This document shows positions 58,776-64,000 of a DNA stretch of 64,000 nucleotides, piece by piece. Numbering within the stretch: position 1 is the stretch's first letter; every line of letters starts with the position of its first letter. The position numbers and the translations under genes are program-made. The notes beneath the pieces are model-generated. The model searched no databases and was not told where the DNA came from. It worked only from the letters and a program-made list of their open reading frames with translations. The stretch comes from an uncultured Planctomycetota bacterium (lineage in GTDB: Bacteria; Planctomycetota; Planctomycetia; Isosphaerales; Isosphaeraceae), in the NCBI GenBank assembly GCA_963737655.1, contig CAVTTN010000002.1, forward strand, positions 6,080,001 through 6,144,000, in the 5' to 3' direction.

Positions 58776-61700
58776 TTCGCCCGTGGCGGCCCGTGCCTCG
58801 CCCCTCAGGACGGAGAACTCGGGCCATTCCTCCGGGAACAGGGTCGGTTCGGGGGAGTCGGCCGACCCGGGCGAGGCGAAGCCGGAGGCGAACCCCTCCG
58901 CCCGGCCGAGCCAGGCCCGGGCCTCCTCGACCCGGCCGAGCCGGGCATTCGCCAGGGCGAGCAACGGCCAGGAGGCGAAGGCCCGCGACGGGTCCTCCTC
59001 GGCGGCCGAACGGGCCCGGGCGATCGCCTCGTCGAACCGTCCGGCCCGGTACGCCGCCAGGCCCCGCGTCCAGTCGATCTGCGCGGCTTGCTTGCCCGAC
59101 GGCGGGACCGATTCGGCCAGCCGGAGCGCCTCGGCCGGGCCCGCCCCGCCGCCGGCCGCCAGGGCGGCGACCCTCGCGATCGGCCACGTCGTCGGCTGCC
59201 GCTTCGGGGGGGAATCCGGGGCCGCCCAGCGGTCGGCCAGGGCCCGAGAGCCGGCCTCGTCCCGGGCCATGAGCAGGGCCCGGGCCCGGGTCAGCCACGC
59301 GGGCCCCTCGTCGGTCTCCCCCGAGTCGGCCCATCGCCGCGAGTCCTCGGCCGAGCCCGCCCAGTCGCCGACCCTCAGGCGGAGGGCCGCTCGACGGGCC
59401 CTCGAACGGCCGTCCGGCGGTTCCTGGCCTCGGAGGCGGCCGAGGTGGAAGGCCACGGCCCCGGCCTGGCCCGCTTCGAGGGCCGATTCGGCCTCGTCCA
59501 GATGATGGACGAACGCCCGGGACCGCGCCTCGCGGCTCCGGGCCGCCGGGCCCGTCGGCGGCGAGCCGTCCCAGACGGCCACGCTCCCATCCCAGTTCGA
59601 CGAGGCCAGGAGGAGGCCGTCGGGCCTCCAGGCCACCCTCGGGTTGAACCCTCCGTCGCTCGGCCTCCGCCCGTGGACCCGCAGCGCCACGAGCTCCTCG
59701 CCCGTGGCCAGGTCCCAGACCATCGTCTTCTCGCGGTCCGCTCCGGCCAGGCGCCGGCCGTCGGGGCTGAAGGCCAGGCGGAAGACCGGGACCTGCTCCT
59801 TGGCCCGGAATCGGTGGATCGCCTCGCCCGAGACGGTCGACCACACGGCCACGGCCCCATCCATGTCGGCCGCGGCGATCCGCGAGCCGTCGCCGTTGAA
59901 GGCGATGGCGATGATCCGATTCCGGCCGAACGCCAGGCGGAGCCGGTCGGGCCCTCCGGCCGAGGGCCTCACGCAAACGAACCCCCGGCCGGGCGAATCC
60001 GGGGGGCTTTTCCCCGTCTTTTCATAGTCGTCGAAGGCGATCTCCGATCCGTCCGGGCCGAAGGCCATCGCCCCCTGGATGTGGATGTCCGGGAATCGCG
60101 CGGAGGTCCAGGAGGTGCGCGTCGTCCCCGAATTCACGTCCCAGACGCGGAACGCCCGGCGGTCCGGCTCCTTCTCGAACGAGTCGAGTCCGCTGGCGGC
60201 GGCGAACCGGCCGTCGCGGCTCAGGGCGACGAAGACCGCCGGCCACGGCAGGCCCGAGAGCCTCCGATCCCGGCCCGAGTCCAGGTCGCGGACCACGATC
60301 GTCGTCCGGTCGTCGGAGATCGTGGCGAGCCTTCGGGCCCCGGCGTCGAAGTCGGCGGGGGTCGCCGGGCTGAGGTAGCGGCCGGTCAGGTCGGCGAACG
60401 GCCCGGCTTCGAGCCGGTCGGGCCCCGAATCCCAGGTCAGGACCTGGCCGCTCTTGCGGACGATCCTCAGCCGGCCGTCGTCGCCGAAGGCCATCGCCTG
60501 GGCGCGGACGTCGGGCAGGGCGCGGTATTCCGGGTCTCGGGTCAGGTCCCAGAGCTTCACGTCGCCGTCGCGGCGCCCGCCCGAGGCCAGGAGCCGGCCG
60601 TCGGGCGAGAAGGCGAGGCAGGCGGCGCGTTCGGCGTGGCCGCGGAGGATGCCACGCGGGGCGCCGGTCCTCACGTCCCACAGGCGGATCGTCGCGTCTC
60701 GCCCGGCCGTCGCGGCGAGCCGGCCGTCGGCGCGGAAGGCGACGCCCAGGACCGGCCCGTCATGGCCGATCAGGTCGTGACTCACGCGGCCCGAGGCGAG
60801 GTCCCAGATCCTCGGCGGCTCGGTCGCCACGACCAGGAGCCGCTCGTCGGGGCTGAAGGCCAGGTCGGGCCCCTCGCCCCGGAAATAATCGGCCCGATGC
60901 CCCGGGGGGCCCGCCGGGCCGTGAGGAAGCTCCGCGAGCCTGGCACCGGTCTCGGCCGAGAGGATCGCCACGGCCGCCGGCCCGCTGACCGCGATCCGCC
61001 GCCCGAGAGGCCCGACCGTCGCCCGCCCGCCGTCGGAGGCGAATCGCCGGGCCTCCGCCCGATCCTCGGCCCGAAAGAACACCACCGAATCCTTGCCCCC
61101 GGCGACGAGGAAGAGGCCGTCGGGCGAGAACCCGACCGTGCCCCCGGCCTCCCATCGCGCGATCTCCCGCCCTGAAGGGACGGCGACGAGCCTCGCCTGG
61201 CCCCCGGCCCCGCTGACGGCCAGGCTCTTGCCGTCGGGCGAGAACGCGACGCGGCAGGCGGCGATCGGTGCCTCGATCCGGGCGCCGCGATGGCCGTCGG
61301 CGACGTCGAACAGATCGACCCAGCCGTCCGCGAGCCCGGGATTGCCGATCGGGTTGTTGAAGGGGTTGATCGTCAGGGCGGCGAGCCGGGTGCCGTCGGG
61401 GTCGAGGGCGACGCCGGTGGTCTCGGGGAAGACCTCGTCCTTGACGCCGAAGACCTCGGGGTGGTTCAGGTTGCGGAGGTAGCCCCATTCCCATCCCCGG
61501 CGGGAGGGCTCGGCGGCTTCCAGGAGGGAATCCACGCGATCGACGGCGGCCCCTCGCCACTCCAGGCGGGCCCGGGCCACCTGGCTCACATACAGGCTAT
61601 CGCGGGCCCGGTCGTGGGATTGGGCGGCGAGCTTGCGACCGGCCAGGGCGTCGTCGGCCTTCGCCTCGGCCCGCCTCCAGAGCACCGTGGTCGCCGCGAG

Positions 61701-63013
61701 GCCGGCGACGACGGCCAGGGCCAGCGCCGCGACCAAAGACGCCTTGCCCGGCTCCCTCCGGCACCACTTCGCCGCCTGCCCCGCCGGAGAGACCCGCCGG
61801 GCCCGGATCGGGCGGCCGTCCAGGAACCGGCGGAGGTCCTCGGCCAGCGCCCCGGCCGAGCCGTAGCGGGCGCCCGGCGATTTCTCCAGGCATTTCAGGC
61901 AGATCGTCTCCAGGTCGCGCGGGGTGTGCCTCTGAAGCTTGCCCGGGGGCAGGGGCTCGTGCCGGGTGACCTGGTCGAGCGTCGAGAGCGGCGTCTCCCC
62001 CTGGAACGGCGGCCGTCCGGTCAGGGAGGCATAGAGGATCGCCCCCAGGGCGTAGACGTCGGTGGCCGGGCCGACCTCCGCCGGGGCCCCCGGGCCTGCT
62101 CCGGGGCCATGTAGCTGGGAGTCCCCAGGATATCGCCGGTCCGCGTCAGGCCGCCGTCTTCTTCCATGAGCTTCGCCAGGCCGAAGTCGGTGATCTTCGC
62201 CGAGCCGTCGGCCGCCAGGACCACGTTCGCCGGCTTCAAATCGCGGTGGACGACCCCCTGACCATGGGCGTACTCGGCCGCCCGGGCGAGCGCCTCGACC
62301 AGGCCGGCGGCGCCCCTCGGGTTCATCGGGCCGGAGGCCAGCCGCCGTTGAAGGCTGCCGCCCGGGGCATACTCCAGCGCCAGGAAGCCCTGGCCGTCGT
62401 GCTCGCCGACCTGGTGGACCTGGACGATGTTCGGGTGGCCGAACCTCGCGGCGGTCTCGGCCTCGGCGCGGAACCGGGCCGCCACTCCGGGCTCGGCCAG
62501 GAGCCACGGGCGGATCACCTTCAGGGCCACGAGCCGGCCGAGCCCTCGCTGGCGGGCCTTGTACACGACCCCCATCCCGCCCCGACCAATCTCCTCCAGG
62601 ACGTCGTAGCCGGGCAGATCGGGAGGGGCCGAGGCCCGCGACTCCCCGGGATGGCGCTCCGGGTCGGTCGGCTCGTTCGCCCGGAGGGCCCGGTGCAGGT
62701 CGAGCTGGCGGAGCAACCGCTCGGAGAATCGGGGGAACCGGCCGATCAACTCGTCCGCCGTCGGCGGCTCGCCCAGCTCCTCGCGGACGAGGAACTCGTT
62801 GTAGATCAGCTCGAACTGCGCCTCGTCGTCCCGGCCGAGCTCGGGGTAGAGGCCCAGGTACTCCTCGACCGGGGCGTGCCGTCCGTCCCGCCACCGTTCG
62901 AGCTGGTCGGCGCAGAGTCGATCGACGAGAGGGCCGTCCCCGTCCTCGGGGGAATCGAGGCCGTCCGGGGCGAATCGCGTGGTGGGGGCGAACGGTTCGG
63001 CGGGATCGTCCAT
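58752..63013 (-). CDS. Ser/Thr protein kinase with TM segment, WD40 repeats and C-terminal TPR-like region (frameshift near 62088)
   Basis: GRGGMGVVY, VALK, HRDLKPAN, DFG and YMAPEQ. Continues with DVYALGAILY in the 58752..63806 frame, followed by AFSPDG repeats. Confidence 0.92.
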
Positions 63014-63115
63014 CGGCGGCCTCTCTCTCAATCTCCGGGATCGGGGCCGAGACGGCGCCCCGAGGGCCCATTGCCGCGGAGGGGCCGGGCGGACACCGGC
63101 GCCGCTCGCCCGGGC

Positions 63116-63721
63116 TCAGCCGGCCACCGAATCCAGGCCGAGCTCCTCCTCGACCCGGGCGATCGCCCGCGAGAGCTGCTTCCGCCGGGCCTCGGGCGTG
63201 CCGCCCATCGCGGCCGAGACGCTCACCCAGTCCATCCCCTGGGCCCGGAGCTCGGCCATCTCGCGCTCCTCGGCCGAGAGCTTCTGGCGGAAGACCTCCA
63301 GGAGCTCCCGCCGGGCGACGATCTGGCTCGGCGTCTCGGCCCGGGCCGGGGCGGCGTCCTGCCCGGGCTCGACCGTCTCGACCCGCCGGACGTCGCGACG
63401 GCCCCTCTGATGGAACCGGACCTGCTCGGCCAGCTTGTTCCGGGCCATCCCCACGAGCAACGGCACGAGCTGCCGGGGCTCCTCCAGGTCGAACTCGCCG
63501 ACGGCCGCCCGGACGAAGAAGCTGGCGAGCACGGCCTGGCAGATGTCCATCGAGTCGAAGACCCGGCGGAGCCGGGGGTTCCTCAGCCGGAGCCAGCCCC
63601 GGACCTCCAGGCGGATCTCCGGCTCGTACAGCCGGACGAGCTCCTCGGCCGCCCGGTCGTCCCCGGCCCGGACGCGGCGGATCAGGTCGGAGTAGATTTC
63701 GCCGTCGAGCGGTTGGGCCAC
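63116..63721 (-). CDS. ECF sigma-70 factor (kinase-associated, DSMD type)
   Basis: LIRRVRAGDDRAAEELVRLYEPEIR, FDSMDICQAV, MARNKL, LSAEEREMAELRAQG. Confidence 0.9.
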   Translation of the reverse strand: MAQPLDGEIYSDLIRRVRAGDDRAAEELVRLYEPEIRLEVRGWLRLRNPRLRRVFDSMDICQAVLASFFVRAAVGEFDLEEPRQLVPLLVGMARNKLAEQVRFHQRGRRDVRRVETVEPGQDAAPARAETPSQIVARRELLEVFRQKLSAEEREMAELRAQGMDWVSVSAAMGGTPEARRKQLSRAIARVEEELGLDSVAG

Positions 63722-63824
63722 GGAGGGCGATCCTCGGTCCCGACCGGGCCCGCCCCCGACTGGGGCCGTCGGCCCGATCGTCCCCGATTGTGATCGCCCG
63801 GGGCACCGCTGTCTATCCCTTGGA

Positions 63825-63878
63825 GCAGTGGGCAGTGGGCAGTGGGCAGTGGGCAGTGGACGGAGCAGTGGGGAGTGG
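63825..63878. repeat. Heptamer tandem repeat (GCAGTGG)5 plus degenerate copies
   Basis: Five perfect copies at 63825-63859, then GCAGTGG-GGAGTGG. Confidence 0.9.
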
Positions 63879-63900
63879 GCGGTTCCGTGCTGGTTGCGGC

Positions 63901-64000
63901 TCAGGGTTCGACTCGCTTCATTTCCCTCTGGCCGTCGCCGACCTGGAAACGGGCCCCGGAGATGGTGCCGTCGCCTTGCTTGTGGAACGTGAAGCGGCCG
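63901..64000 (-). CDS. 3' end of an unidentified CDS
   Basis: Open frame GRFTFHKQGDGTISGARFQVGDGQREMKRVEP* with GC3-rich codons, running off the window edge. Confidence 0.55.
   Translation of the reverse strand, partial: GRFTFHKQGDGTISGARFQVGDGQREMKRVEP

Noticed and set aside
1745..62095. About ten frameshifts (near 1750, 15343, 15545, 29122, 33906, 39478, 46410, 56610, 57680, 62088) as pseudogenisation or programmed frameshifting
   Set aside because: Most are fixed by adding one base to a short G or C run (e.g. GCGCCGG[G]ATCG, GTCCGGG[G]CGCC), and the genes show no other decay. This is typical of long-read homopolymer error. Read or short-read polishing would settle it.

Overview
High-GC Planctomycetota DNA, probably Isosphaeraceae-like, judging from DUF1552/DUF1592 pairs, ECF sigma/Ser-Thr kinase pairs, PEP-CTERM proteins and an LExRxLL-type exported protein. 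No rRNA, tRNA or CRISPR array was seen. The window holds two DUF1592-type cytochrome c/DUF1552 pairs, a fatty acid desaturase, and a repeat/MITE/IS701-remnant patch with a TPR gene and two PEP-CTERM genes. It also holds four ECF sigma-Hanks kinase modules, a nine-gene catabolic cluster (tandem cyclase, MFS, dehydrogenases, FAH, fused E1 plus E2, SDR, aldolase), and a YceI-ABC-methyltransferase-like operon. The most striking locus is 6295-14586. It encodes a ~2030-aa protein (signal peptide, CBM-like sandwich, large polytopic membrane region, Cgs-type GH94 phosphorylase module). The next gene is a secreted protein carrying the motif series of the glucoamylase-like (GH189/GH144-type) domain of cyclic beta-1,2-glucan synthase. 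Together they look like a split, rearranged Cgs-like system with no recognisable GT84 synthase domain. About ten single-base frameshifts, mostly in G/C runs, are best explained as long-read assembly errors. All family assignments come from recognising motifs by eye; no database searches were run.
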